Virus record (IMG/VR): IMGVR_UViG_3300009426_000008
Span: 1-49,969 of that record
From: a virus
Taxonomy: Duplodnaviria > Caudoviricetes
DNA: 49,969 bases
Reading direction: 5' to 3' (one strand)
Shown: positions 36,523 through 45,290 of the stretch, in pieces
Numbering within the stretch: position 1 is the stretch's first letter
How the letters are laid out: each line of letters starts with the position of its first letter
Translations under genes and position numbers: made by a program
The notes under the pieces: model-generated
The model's database searches: none
What the model saw: only the letters and a program-made list of their open reading frames with translations
What the model was told of the DNA's origin: nothing

Positions 36523-36571
36523 TTGACAAGCATGGCACTTTGCTTTATATTGGTATTGTAAGCAAAGAGGA
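36523..36571 (+). promoter_or_regulatory. Early promoter/leader cassette copy 8
   Basis: TTGACA-17-TATATT-6-GTAAGCAAAGAGGA. Confidence 0.9.
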
Positions 36572-36579
36572 AATAAAAC

Positions 36580-36798
36580 ATGTCAACGCACTACATTGAA
36601 ATCCAAAATCACTGTGATAGCGAAATTGACGAGGCAAACGGCCGCGTAAGCAAACTGTATCCTGTACTGGCATTGCTACGCGAAACCAAAACAGGTGCTG
36701 TAGTCGATATTCTGCATTGCACTTGCCCGAGCATCGCACGAAGAGCATGGGGTGTTAGCGATGTACGCGACCGCCGCGCAGTTGGAGAGGAAGTATAA
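36580..36798 (+). CDS. Hypothetical early protein
   Basis: 72 aa behind cassette SD. Confidence 0.7.
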   Translation: MSTHYIEIQNHCDSEIDEANGRVSKLYPVLALLRETKTGAVVDILHCTCPSIARRAWGVSDVRDRRAVGEEV

Positions 36799-37082
36799 TG
36801 TCACGTTTTGATCACATTAATCTCGAGGCGCTTGTTGTCAATATGCACGGCACAGTCAAGTTGCTGGACGGTTACCAGCTTTCTTACGGTGCCGCAGGCA
36901 AAGCCCTGTTTGGTGACGTTGAGCAATATAGCGATGAAGGTATTGCTATCTTCCGCGAGTTCACTGCGGAGAAGGGCATCACTTACTACGCTGCTCCCCG
37001 CGAAGACTTCTTCATGTTCGAAGCCTGGGAAAAGGCAGAGCAGGAAGGCAACACTTACCTGCTTGCAGAGGACCTGTCATGA
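36798..37082 (+). CDS. Hypothetical protein
   Basis: 94 aa, TAATG-coupled. Confidence 0.75.
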   Translation: MSRFDHINLEALVVNMHGTVKLLDGYQLSYGAAGKALFGDVEQYSDEGIAIFREFTAEKGITYYAAPREDFFMFEAWEKAEQEGNTYLLAEDLS

Positions 37083-37270
37083 TGTTTAGTGAAATGCCCC
37101 CCAGAGTGCTAACTGCGCAGCGCGAGTGGCACACTATTAATCCACTCAGCAAAATGCCGCACAATGACCATTGGGTCGTCCGTGATGCTAACGGTACTTG
37201 GATTGATGCTGATCAATACCGTAATGATCTGAAAGACAGGTATCCTGAATTAGTAATAATTGGAAGCTGA
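37079..37270 (+). CDS. Hypothetical protein
   Basis: 63 aa, ATGA-coupled. Confidence 0.65.
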   Translation: MMFSEMPPRVLTAQREWHTINPLSKMPHNDHWVVRDANGTWIDADQYRNDLKDRYPELVIIGS

Positions 37271-37271
37271 C

Positions 37272-37490
37272 ATGCGATCGAAAACATACAAACAAGCTGT
37301 ATTTCATGCCGGAGAAGCCTATTTCCATAATTACATGGGCAACATGTTTGCTCACCCAGATGAAAATGATGTGGGGATGGTTGCTTTTATCTACAACAAA
37401 GAATTTAACGAAGTATATGATGCGGTAAAAGACATTGCGCACACCAAGATTCGCAAGCTGCAAGGCATTACCGGAAGGGTAAAAAACTAA
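37272..37490 (+). CDS. Hypothetical protein
   Basis: 72 aa. Confidence 0.65.
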   Translation: MRSKTYKQAVFHAGEAYFHNYMGNMFAHPDENDVGMVAFIYNKEFNEVYDAVKDIAHTKIRKLQGITGRVKN

Positions 37491-38813
37491 GTGACAAATA
37501 AACAATATAAACTAAGCGAAGTCGCACTAAATGAAATGTTGGACTTCGCACAATACACTGTAGCCAGCCGAGCAATCCCTAACATGATTGACGGCATGAA
37601 GCCAGTGCAACGTTTCTATCTCTATTCCAGTCTGCAAAACTCACGGCGTGACTTTAAGAAGGTCAGTGCCGTCTCTGGTGTCGTGAGTGACTACGGTTAC
37701 AATCACGGCGAAGTAAGTGCTGCTGGTGCTGGTCAGCTTATGGCTGCAACATGGCGCAATAACATCTGCCTTGTAGAAGGACGTGGTAGCTTTGGCACAC
37801 GTCAGGTCCAAGCTGCTGGTGCGTCCCGTTATGTTTACACCAAAGTAAGCTCAAACTTCGACAAATACATCAAGGATATTGACCTCAGTCCTGAGCATGA
37901 GGATCCAGAGATTTCTCCACCAGCTTTCTACTTGCCAGTGTTGCCCCTTGTACTACTCAACGGCGCGTCAGGCATTGCGACAGGCTTTGCGACAAACATT
38001 CTACCGCGTGATGAAGCTGATATTAAAGCATACATCCGCACATTGTTAGAAGGCAAGACCCCGCGTCGTGAAATTAACATCAAGTTTCCAGACTTCCGTG
38101 GCACTACACATTATGACAGTGTAGCAGACAGATATGTTTGTACAGGTACTTTCCGTAAGGCAGGCAAGACAAAACTGTTCATCGAAGAAATCCCGTACGG
38201 CTATGATCGTGAAAGCTACATTAAAGTCCTGGATGACTTGGAAGATGATGGTATGATTGTTAGCTATGATGATCAAACCGATAGCCGAGGCTTCCGCTTT
38301 GAGGTCATTCTAAAGCAAAATACGTCAGCCAAATGGAAAGACGCTGAGATCCTTCGCAAGTTTAAGCTGGCTAAGAACCACAGTGAAAACCTCAACGTAA
38401 TTGGTCCTGACGATGTACTGCGCGAGTATGACGACCCGCGTGACCTTATCCGTGACTTTGTTGACTTCCGCCTAGGTGTGTTGCAAAAGCGTATTGATCT
38501 TGCAATTAAACTGAACGTTGAACTCTTGCGTTGGCTAAAAGTCAAGATTGAGTTCATTGAAGGTGTATTGGATGACAAAATCCTGTTCAAGAACCAGTCG
38601 CGCAAGCAAGTTGGTGAGCAGGTGTTGAAAAATTCAACTGCACTAGATACAGACATCAGCCGTTTGCTTGCACTCAACTTTATGAGCCTTACTAAAGAGC
38701 AAGTTGTAGCACTGCGCAAGGAAATTGCTGAGGCAAAGAAGACACTTGTATATTGGAAGAAAGCGACACCAAATTCACAGTATATAGAAGACTTGGATGC
38801 ATTAGATGGCTAA
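37491..38813 (+). CDS. Type IIA topoisomerase medium subunit (T4 gp52-like)
   Basis: RAIP..IDG.KPVQR, YNHGE.S, G.FG....AGASRY (catalytic Tyr), NG..GIATGF. Confidence 0.95.
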   Translation: MTNKQYKLSEVALNEMLDFAQYTVASRAIPNMIDGMKPVQRFYLYSSLQNSRRDFKKVSAVSGVVSDYGYNHGEVSAAGAGQLMAATWRNNICLVEGRGSFGTRQVQAAGASRYVYTKVSSNFDKYIKDIDLSPEHEDPEISPPAFYLPVLPLVLLNGASGIATGFATNILPRDEADIKAYIRTLLEGKTPRREINIKFPDFRGTTHYDSVADRYVCTGTFRKAGKTKLFIEEIPYGYDRESYIKVLDDLEDDGMIVSYDDQTDSRGFRFEVILKQNTSAKWKDAEILRKFKLAKNHSENLNVIGPDDVLREYDDPRDLIRDFVDFRLGVLQKRIDLAIKLNVELLRWLKVKIEFIEGVLDDKILFKNQSRKQVGEQVLKNSTALDTDISRLLALNFMSLTKEQVVALRKEIAEAKKTLVYWKKATPNSQYIEDLDALDG

Positions 38814-39114
38814 CAGTGGTTCTCGGCGACAAAAGAGGTTTAGTAAATCGACACCAGTTCGATTTCAACCTGTAATCTGGATTGATGGTCCACATATGTA
38901 TGCTAGCTGTAACGCGCTTCCGAATATCGGACCTAAGAAATTTTCGGAACTGCAGGAACTACAGTTTGCTAAATTGGTGCATGTGGAGTTACGTGATAAG
39001 TGGAATATTAATTCTCAAAATCTCACAATGGACTTTGACTGTAAGCAATGCGCATTCCGCATCAATTTTAATGATGATGAAGAATTTATAATGGTGAAAC
39101 TTTTACATGGGTAA
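38806..39114 (+). CDS. Hypothetical protein with C-terminal MxKL motif
   Basis: Ends INFNDDEEFIMVKLLHG. Confidence 0.7.
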   Translation: MANSGSRRQKRFSKSTPVRFQPVIWIDGPHMYASCNALPNIGPKKFSELQELQFAKLVHVELRDKWNINSQNLTMDFDCKQCAFRINFNDDEEFIMVKLLHG

Positions 39115-39481
39115 ACAAAAAGTGTTAATGGTCGGAGGTGCGTCAGTGAAAAGGCGAATAACAGATACAGGAAACATAAACACCAAAAAGACTGCCTTTC
39201 GCGACACGTGGCCAAATGGTAGACCATATAAGCATGGCGCTATGGAGTTCTTTTTTCATTTCAAACCACACACCCGGCTCATGGCAGAAGAACAAATTGT
39301 AGAATTTATGAAAGATAAAGGCTATGAACGAGGTGTGGATTATCATATACCAGGCTGGAATTACCCTTCTTATGATAATGGGATTGAGTTTTGGAAGGAC
39401 AGTATCATTATCACATTCAATGACGATGAAACATTTGTTATGGCAAAACTAAGCTGGGGGCTTGAAACAGATGAGTCCTAA
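39107..39481 (+). CDS. Hypothetical protein with C-terminal MxKL motif
   Basis: ITFNDDETFVMAKLSWG. Confidence 0.75.
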   Translation: MGKQKVLMVGGASVKRRITDTGNINTKKTAFRDTWPNGRPYKHGAMEFFFHFKPHTRLMAEEQIVEFMKDKGYERGVDYHIPGWNYPSYDNGIEFWKDSIIITFNDDETFVMAKLSWGLETDES

Positions 39482-39534
39482 TACTTACTTGACACTGCAC
39501 TGCAAATAGTGTAATGTAATACAAAGGAAATATA

Positions 39535-40068
39535 ATGACAACATGGGGTATGATAGACTTGGAGACGATGGCGACTTCGCCTGATGCGCAAGTCCTAACA
39601 ATTGGCTGCATAAAGTTTGATCCCTTCAATGAAGCACCAATGCATAGTGAATTATATATGCGTGTGGACATTGAAGAGCAAGACAAGCTTGGCAGAGTAA
39701 TTGATGATGGCACACTAACTTGGTGGGGCCGACAAACCGCTGCGGCACAGAACGAAGCATTTAGTGACGATGATCGTGTAGATGTCCGCACTATGCTTCG
39801 CGCTCTTAAGAAATGGTATGTTGGCTGTAATGGTATCTGGCAACAGGGCTTTATGGACACAACTATCATGGAACATATGTACAATCAAATGGGCGAGCCT
39901 GTTCCGTGGCCACATTGGGACGTTGGTGACAGCCGTCAATTCCTCAAGCGTATGCCTTACGATTTGCGCAAAGATGAAAGCTATCTAGAGCACCATGCTC
40001 TAGAGGATGCAAAAGCACAGGCCAATGCACTGCGCAAAGTGTTCAAGCACTTTAATATGAAGAAATGA
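39535..40068 (+). CDS. DEDDh 3'-5' exonuclease (DexA/Rv2179c-like)
   Basis: MIDLET, T..WW..Q, D.R, HHALEDA..QA; TTGACA promoter upstream. Confidence 0.88.
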   Translation: MTTWGMIDLETMATSPDAQVLTIGCIKFDPFNEAPMHSELYMRVDIEEQDKLGRVIDDGTLTWWGRQTAAAQNEAFSDDDRVDVRTMLRALKKWYVGCNGIWQQGFMDTTIMEHMYNQMGEPVPWPHWDVGDSRQFLKRMPYDLRKDESYLEHHALEDAKAQANALRKVFKHFNMKK

Positions 40069-40433
40069 TGACGCCATCAACCACTGACGGCGGAGTAGAG
40101 GTGAGATTTTCGATGGCTGGACCTTGTTGTGATATGAAAGTCTGGCATGCTAGCTTCTGGCATGCCAGCGAAAATAACGGGCGGCTGCTTACTCCAGTCC
40201 GATTAGGATACCGAACTATCTTTAGTAAAAATGCTGAATCAATGTTGCGTTTTCAAGTTTCCGGCGATTTTAATGTTACTGAAAGTAGCCGGAACCATAC
40301 TGTGTTCACCTTTAATACATTAGAAGCTTACACGTATGCCAAACTAATATATGCTGGAAGCGATTTCCGCCAAATGGTCGAAGACTATGTTAACAACATA
40401 AACAAGGCAATAAATCATGCTGGTACTGATTGA
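40065..40433 (+). CDS. Hypothetical protein with degenerate motif
   Basis: FTFNTLEAYTYAKLIYAG. Confidence 0.7.
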   Translation: MMTPSTTDGGVEVRFSMAGPCCDMKVWHASFWHASENNGRLLTPVRLGYRTIFSKNAESMLRFQVSGDFNVTESSRNHTVFTFNTLEAYTYAKLIYAGSDFRQMVEDYVNNINKAINHAGTD

Positions 40434-40752
40434 GGCACATCCAAATAATAACATAGTGAGTTTGTTCTTTGATAAGTCAATCACTGTGGGCCGCGAGTCC
40501 TGGTCTGGACCGTTTACTAGCCCTGAAGTGCACAATGTATTATACGATATAGGTGTCACACCAGAGCGATATATCATTGAAGATGCCTTTTCGGGTTGGG
40601 CAGAAAGTATTCATAGCTTTGCCTGGGCTGTGTTAACCTTTAAACATGATGAAGATCTTGTTATGGCTAAACTTGCGTTTGATCAAGTTGGACCAACGCA
40701 AAACGATGTAAGAGAAAAAATGAACATAAAACGAAAAGGAATAAAGACATGA
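40417..40752 (+). CDS. Hypothetical protein with MxKL motif
   Basis: [17 protein letters not shown]. Confidence 0.7.
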   Translation: MLVLIEAHPNNNIVSLFFDKSITVGRESWSGPFTSPEVHNVLYDIGVTPERYIIEDAFSGWAESIHSFAWAVLTFKHDEDLVMAKLAFDQVGPTQNDVREKMNIKRKGIKT

Positions 40753-41369
40753 CATTAGTACCAATGGTAGTCGAACGGACGGCTGGTGGAGAGCGAGCAT
40801 ACGACATTTTCAGCCGCCTGCTGAAGGAGCGTATTATTATGCTCAATGGGCCAGTTGAAGACAACATGGCTAACGTGATTGTAAGCCAATTGCTTTTCCT
40901 AGAAGCGGAAGACAAGGATCGTGACATCACTATGTATATTAACAGTCCGGGGGGATCGGTTACAGCAGGACTTAGTATCTATAACACAATGCAATACATC
41001 AAGAACAATGTATCCACTGTGGTTGTAGGACAAGCTGCTAGCATGGGAAGTTTTCTTGCACAAGCGGGTGCTCCAGGTAAACGATATGTTCTTACAGAAT
41101 CACGCACAATGATACACCGTGTTTCAAGTGGCACACGAGGAACAAGCGGTGCAGTTTATATCCAAGACTTGGAGATGGAAGATGCACAACGCCATTTGAA
41201 GGAAAGCCACAGGCTGAATGACCGGCTGACTGAACTTTATGTGCAGCACAACAGCAAGAACAAGAAGCTAAAGGAAGTCAAAGAAACAATGAAGCACGAC
41301 ACGTTCTTTAGTGCACAAGAAGCAATTGATTGGGGATTGGCAGATGAGCTCCTCACCACAAGAGCCTAA
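40749..41369 (+). CDS. clpP: ATP-dependent Clp protease proteolytic subunit
   Basis: [32 protein letters not shown] (Ser), MIH (His), HD.FFSA.EA (Asp). Confidence 0.95.
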   Translation: MTLVPMVVERTAGGERAYDIFSRLLKERIIMLNGPVEDNMANVIVSQLLFLEAEDKDRDITMYINSPGGSVTAGLSIYNTMQYIKNNVSTVVVGQAASMGSFLAQAGAPGKRYVLTESRTMIHRVSSGTRGTSGAVYIQDLEMEDAQRHLKESHRLNDRLTELYVQHNSKNKKLKEVKETMKHDTFFSAQEAIDWGLADELLTTRA

Positions 41370-41556
41370 GCGTTTTTATGACGGCTTCACCTTTTGGGAT
41401 TGGCTAACAATTTATGTCTGTTCCGATTTAGGCTCCGCAGGTTTTATGCTTTTCCTAAGTGGCGGAAGCGGCATATGGTATATACTTGCTGCATGGTGCC
41501 TTTGGTGGATTAACATCTATAACGTTAAAAGAGAGATTGAGGCAGGATTAAGATGA
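41344..41556 (+). CDS. Small membrane protein
   Basis: 70 aa, two hydrophobic segments. Confidence 0.55.
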   Translation: MSSSPQEPKRFYDGFTFWDWLTIYVCSDLGSAGFMLFLSGGSGIWYILAAWCLWWINIYNVKREIEAGLR

Positions 41557-41723
41557 CAGATGAAGAATTGAAGCAGATGAAAGCTAAAACGAATATTGAA
41601 CTGAAGCGGCTGTTGGACAATTCAATACGCGAACTGTATAACAGGGGCTTTAAAGTGGAACTTACACAAATCCTGCACAGCCCTGCACCAAAGTCTTGTG
41701 TCAGCAAGACAATTACTTTATAA
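41553..41723 (+). CDS. Hypothetical protein
   Basis: 56 aa [12 protein letters not shown]..., ATGA-coupled, below track cutoff. Confidence 0.55.
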   Translation: MTDEELKQMKAKTNIELKRLLDNSIRELYNRGFKVELTQILHSPAPKSCVSKTITL

Positions 41724-41776
41724 ATACCTACAGTGGACTTGCTCGCCCCACTCAAAATACTCCGCGCATAATGGAG
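41719..41776 (+). promoter_or_regulatory. Perfect T4 late promoter plus structured leader of queD
   Basis: TATAAATA 41719-41726; hairpins AGTGG/CCACT and CTCCG/TGGAG (masks SD). Confidence 0.55.
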
Positions 41777-41782
41777 AAGAGA

Positions 41783-42331
41783 ATGACACAAAATTTAATA
41801 GGATTAGATGAAGCTCTAACACAACGCTTGGGCAATCTACCAATTACATACAAATACGTTAGCACCAAGGAATACATCGACGAGTTTCCATGTGCGTACA
41901 GGCAGTGGAAAGCAGATTCACACTGCAACATGAACCACGGATATAGCTTCAGCATGAAGTTCTACTTTGGCACAAATGAATTGGACGCCCGCAATTGGTG
42001 TGCAGACTACGGCGGGTTAAAAGAGCTAAAGGGTGTACTAAAGGACCAGTTTGATCACACAACGCTGGTTGCTGAAGATGACCCAGAGCTTGAGTTTTAT
42101 GAAGAGATGCAACGTCGCAAGCTAGCAAAGCTGACTATCCTACCCGCTTTGGGCTGTGAGGCGCTCGCAGACATGCTCTACAAGTATGTCAACGGCGTTT
42201 ATATCCCAGACATGTGGGGCGAAAGTGAAGCGAAACGCTTGTGGTGCTTTAAAGTAGAGGTCCGCGAGACACAAAGCAACATGGCTTATCGTGAAGGCCA
42301 TCGTGAGTGGAACGAGGACTTGCTTGACTAA
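41783..42331 (+). CDS. queD: 6-carboxy-tetrahydropterin synthase (PTPS/QueD family)
   Basis: RQWKADSHC...HGY, FDH, CEALA, VEVRET..N. Confidence 0.85.
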   Translation: MTQNLIGLDEALTQRLGNLPITYKYVSTKEYIDEFPCAYRQWKADSHCNMNHGYSFSMKFYFGTNELDARNWCADYGGLKELKGVLKDQFDHTTLVAEDDPELEFYEEMQRRKLAKLTILPALGCEALADMLYKYVNGVYIPDMWGESEAKRLWCFKVEVRETQSNMAYREGHREWNEDLLD

Positions 42332-42596
42332 AGACTTTTACATAACACGCCATGTCATGGTTAAAGATGATGACAGGGAAATCAATGTTTTCGATTTCAT
42401 CTTGAAGAATGAAGAACTTCGTCATTGCACCCTCTCTGTATTAAACGATAAGATTATGTTTGACTTAAAATCTAATTTATCACATGGTAATTTAGCAGAA
42501 AATGTAATTGTAAGGAAGACCTACTGGAATGCAATTACGCTAGCAGTAAATGATCCAGAAATAGCTACAATGATAAAGATGGTATATTCTGAATGA
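42324..42596 (+). CDS. Hypothetical protein with C-terminal MxKM motif
   Basis: TTG start after SD GAGGA (uncertain); ends LAVNDPEIATMIKMVYSE. Confidence 0.65.
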   Translation: MTKDFYITRHVMVKDDDREINVFDFILKNEELRHCTLSVLNDKIMFDLKSNLSHGNLAENVIVRKTYWNAITLAVNDPEIATMIKMVYSE

Positions 42597-42745
42597 CAGA
42601 AAAATATTGGTTACTTGAACGTTGGACTAACGGAACATGGTATGAGGTTGCTAAATTTGTTGAGCCTACCCAAGCATTAGCTGTAATTGAACCCTTACAA
42701 AAAGAATTTAAATGGCAATACAAGGTATCAGAAGTATCAGTATGA
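42593..42745 (+). CDS. Hypothetical protein
   Basis: 50 aa MTEKYWLLERW..., ATGA-coupled, below track cutoff. Confidence 0.55.
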   Translation: MTEKYWLLERWTNGTWYEVAKFVEPTQALAVIEPLQKEFKWQYKVSEVSV

Positions 42746-42782
42746 TAAAGTTGACACACAGTTGAATGATGATTTAGAACTG

Positions 42783-43109
42783 ATGATGGAGTCTACTTGG
42801 CTCGAATCCACTGGGACTGGATATGATCGTGTAGTCGTGCTTAACTTCTTCACAAGTGACTTGTACGATAATAGTCATGACGTAATGCTGCGGACTATGG
42901 GAACGACGCTAAGAAAAAGGGTGTCTGACAAGTTGGAAGAAGAGATAGGTATAAAACACAAGGAAGATTATATATTTGCAATATATGACAATCCAAAAAT
43001 GAAAGATGGCAGCTGGATGACTTCGCCTGTTCTAGGTGAGCAACGGACTGTTATCAGAATACGAGATGAGGAGCATTTTACAATGTTTAAGTTACATTAT
43101 AATGGTTAG
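42783..43109 (+). CDS. Hypothetical protein with C-terminal MxKL motif
   Basis: Ends IRIRDEEHFTMFKLHYNG; start uncertain; TTGACA at 42751. Confidence 0.65.
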   Translation: MMESTWLESTGTGYDRVVVLNFFTSDLYDNSHDVMLRTMGTTLRKRVSDKLEEEIGIKHKEDYIFAIYDNPKMKDGSWMTSPVLGEQRTVIRIRDEEHFTMFKLHYNG

Positions 43110-43401
43110 TGAACAAGATCTAATAAATAGTTTTAAGGATGTCTACGATCCCGAAGTAAGTACCAATATATACGATCTAGGTTTGATTTATAATATTGAT
43201 ATTTCAAAAGAAGGCAAGGTGGACATACTGATGACTTTGACTAGTCCGTTTTGCCCTGCAGGGGATGAGATTGTCAGCGATATTGTAGCTGCGGCGTTTG
43301 CTGTAGGAGCGACGGACGTTGAGGTTAACATAACATTCCAACCGGAGTGGGGCCCTGACAAAATATCCGACGAAGGAAAATTGGAACTGGGCCTGTTTTA
43401 A
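43102..43401 (+). CDS. DUF59/SufT-like Fe-S cluster assembly protein
   Basis: VYDPE...NIYDLGLIY, MTLTSPFCP, F.P.W....S.E.KLELG. Confidence 0.9.
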   Translation: MVSEQDLINSFKDVYDPEVSTNIYDLGLIYNIDISKEGKVDILMTLTSPFCPAGDEIVSDIVAAAFAVGATDVEVNITFQPEWGPDKISDEGKLELGLF

Positions 43402-43416
43402 ACGGGATAGATACCA

Positions 43417-43734
43417 GTGGAAATACTTGAGAAACTTGAACGAGCATTTATGGTTATTGGGGATAGAGTGATTATGGTAGGCGGCGGAGCAAAGACACTA
43501 GATGATTATGACATTAAGGAAGAAAATGTTACAACAGAACTAGTTGTTAAACCACGACCAGCACATGAAGGCGATCCAATAGAAAACAGAAATAGCTTGA
43601 ACAACATGACTAAGCAAGCAATTTGTGAACTAAGCGTAGAACGGTTTGGAGTTGATCTCAACTTCCGAACTGAGAAGAAACAGTTAATTACTGAATTTCT
43701 TGATCTACAAAATGAAGAGTACCAGGAGAACTAA
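43417..43734 (+). CDS. Hypothetical protein
   Basis: 105 aa, GTG start; C-terminal 'L..MTK..I.....FGVDL...K..LI' helical motif. Confidence 0.7.
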   Translation: MEILEKLERAFMVIGDRVIMVGGGAKTLDDYDIKEENVTTELVVKPRPAHEGDPIENRNSLNNMTKQAICELSVERFGVDLNFRTEKKQLITEFLDLQNEEYQEN

Positions 43735-44081
43735 TGACCGATTTCACATTGCCTGTTAAACAGGCAGTTTCATTGAGTGATGCAGCTATCAAACATTTTG
43801 ACAGCATCGCATCAGGAAAGGTCGTAAAGTTTGGTGTTGAAGGCGGTGGGTGCGCAGGTTTCCAATATTATTGGAAAATCTTTGACGACCGATCTGAACT
43901 ATACGCAGACGACGACATAACTGATTATGACACATTCTCTTTCGCTGTTGACGGCGCAAGTTTAATGATGTTGATAGGATCGTCAGTCGAATATCTAACC
44001 GACATTACAGGCAGCCACATTGAGATTATCAATCCACTTGCAACAGCAGGTTGCGGCTGTGGTGTTTCAGTTAAATTCTAA
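43734..44081 (+). CDS. A-type Fe-S carrier (IscA/SufA/HesB family)
   Basis: GGGCAGFQY, NP.A..GCGCG.S. Confidence 0.92.
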   Translation: MTDFTLPVKQAVSLSDAAIKHFDSIASGKVVKFGVEGGGCAGFQYYWKIFDDRSELYADDDITDYDTFSFAVDGASLMMLIGSSVEYLTDITGSHIEIINPLATAGCGCGVSVKF

Positions 44082-44142
44082 AATAATGGTTGCTTTCCAA
44101 TGAGTTATAATGTATAATGAATTATAATCAAAGGAACAAAAT

Positions 44143-44547
44143 ATGACAGCAGACCTATCACTTTACGGACATTTTGTAGACACAGTTACAAGCGACGTAA
44201 GCAAGAACCTCGACCTTTACGTTAAACGGCTACATGAACTAGAAAACTTGGGGATTAACCCTGTTCTGTTCAACACTGCCGTAACTGGACTAGCAGGCGA
44301 AGCAGGCGAATTTGCAGAGCTTAATAAAAAGTTGAACTGGCACGGAAAGCCATTTACTGAAGAACTACACACGCATCTTGCGAAAGAGCTAGGCGACATT
44401 ATCTTTTATTGGATGATGGCATGTCACGCACTCAAGCTTGATCCAAACAACGTTATCAAGCAGAATGTTGACAAGCTGCAAGCTCGTTACCCAGAAGGTA
44501 AATTTAGTGTCGAACGCGCAGAAAACCGCTCAGAAGGCGATATATAA
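44143..44547 (+). CDS. MazG-like nucleotide pyrophosphohydrolase
   Basis: GL.GEAGE..E..KK, KELGDI..Y, NV.KL..RYP. Confidence 0.9.
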   Translation: MTADLSLYGHFVDTVTSDVSKNLDLYVKRLHELENLGINPVLFNTAVTGLAGEAGEFAELNKKLNWHGKPFTEELHTHLAKELGDIIFYWMMACHALKLDPNNVIKQNVDKLQARYPEGKFSVERAENRSEGDI

Positions 44548-44559
44548 GTACATATCATA

Positions 44560-44781
44560 ATGGTAAAGAAAAACGCAAAAACAACACCTATTCAAGAACT
44601 GGATACAAGACTGCAATCGTTACTTAAAAAGCGGTTGCAGGCTTATCAGGCTGGCGCAAGCTGGCAGATCTGTGAGCAGATCGATCGAATGATAGCAGAG
44701 ACTGAGTTGGATTTATACACTGAAAATGAACTTGAGCGTAACCGCACCAAGGACGATGATGGAGAACAGTGGATCGTATGA
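44560..44781 (+). CDS. Hypothetical protein
   Basis: 73 aa. Confidence 0.7.
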   Translation: MVKKNAKTTPIQELDTRLQSLLKKRLQAYQAGASWQICEQIDRMIAETELDLYTENELERNRTKDDDGEQWIV

Positions 44782-45290
44782 AAACTAATGCATTGCACCA
44801 AGTCATTGTAAGTGAAAATGACATGGTTGATGTCCTTTATCGTGGTGATGAGATCAACAACCTAGTTGTTGATCAACCACAGTGGATAGAACGATTCAAT
44901 TATAACTGCAATGAATACGGTCTTGATGGTATAGCAGACTGGGCTGAGGAGAGTGATCTTGATCCTGACACATTTATACATCAAAATCTAGATGATTGGC
45001 ACATGCCACAAGAATACCAGGATCTCAACCTGGATAATTATCTGCTAAGTAAATGCAATACAGATGCACAAAGGCAACGAGTAGAGAAAGAATTGATTGA
45101 ATTTAGAGCAAGAGATATGATGACTGTTCTATGTTGGATGAAATACTTTGTTGATACTCTGCGCAAGCACGATATGGTATGGGGCGTTGGACGTGGATCT
45201 AGTGTAGCTAGCTATGTATTATTCCTATTAGATGTACATCGTGTAGACTCACTAGAATATGACCTGGATATTAAGGAATTCCTAAAATGA
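44778..45290 (+). CDS. Stand-alone fragment of DNA polymerase III alpha (family C)
   Basis: R...EL..F, WGVGRGSSVASYVLFL..VH.VD...Y.L...EFL; only 170 aa. Confidence 0.8.
   Translation: MKTNALHQVIVSENDMVDVLYRGDEINNLVVDQPQWIERFNYNCNEYGLDGIADWAEESDLDPDTFIHQNLDDWHMPQEYQDLNLDNYLLSKCNTDAQRQRVEKELIEFRARDMMTVLCWMKYFVDTLRKHDMVWGVGRGSSVASYVLFLLDVHRVDSLEYDLDIKEFLK

Noticed and set aside
17362-36571. CRISPR array, IS ends or attachment sites as explanation of the repeats
   Set aside because: Copies are dispersed by kilobases, always carry -35/-10/SD and precede ATG or GTG; no cas, transposase or integrase gene is in the window.
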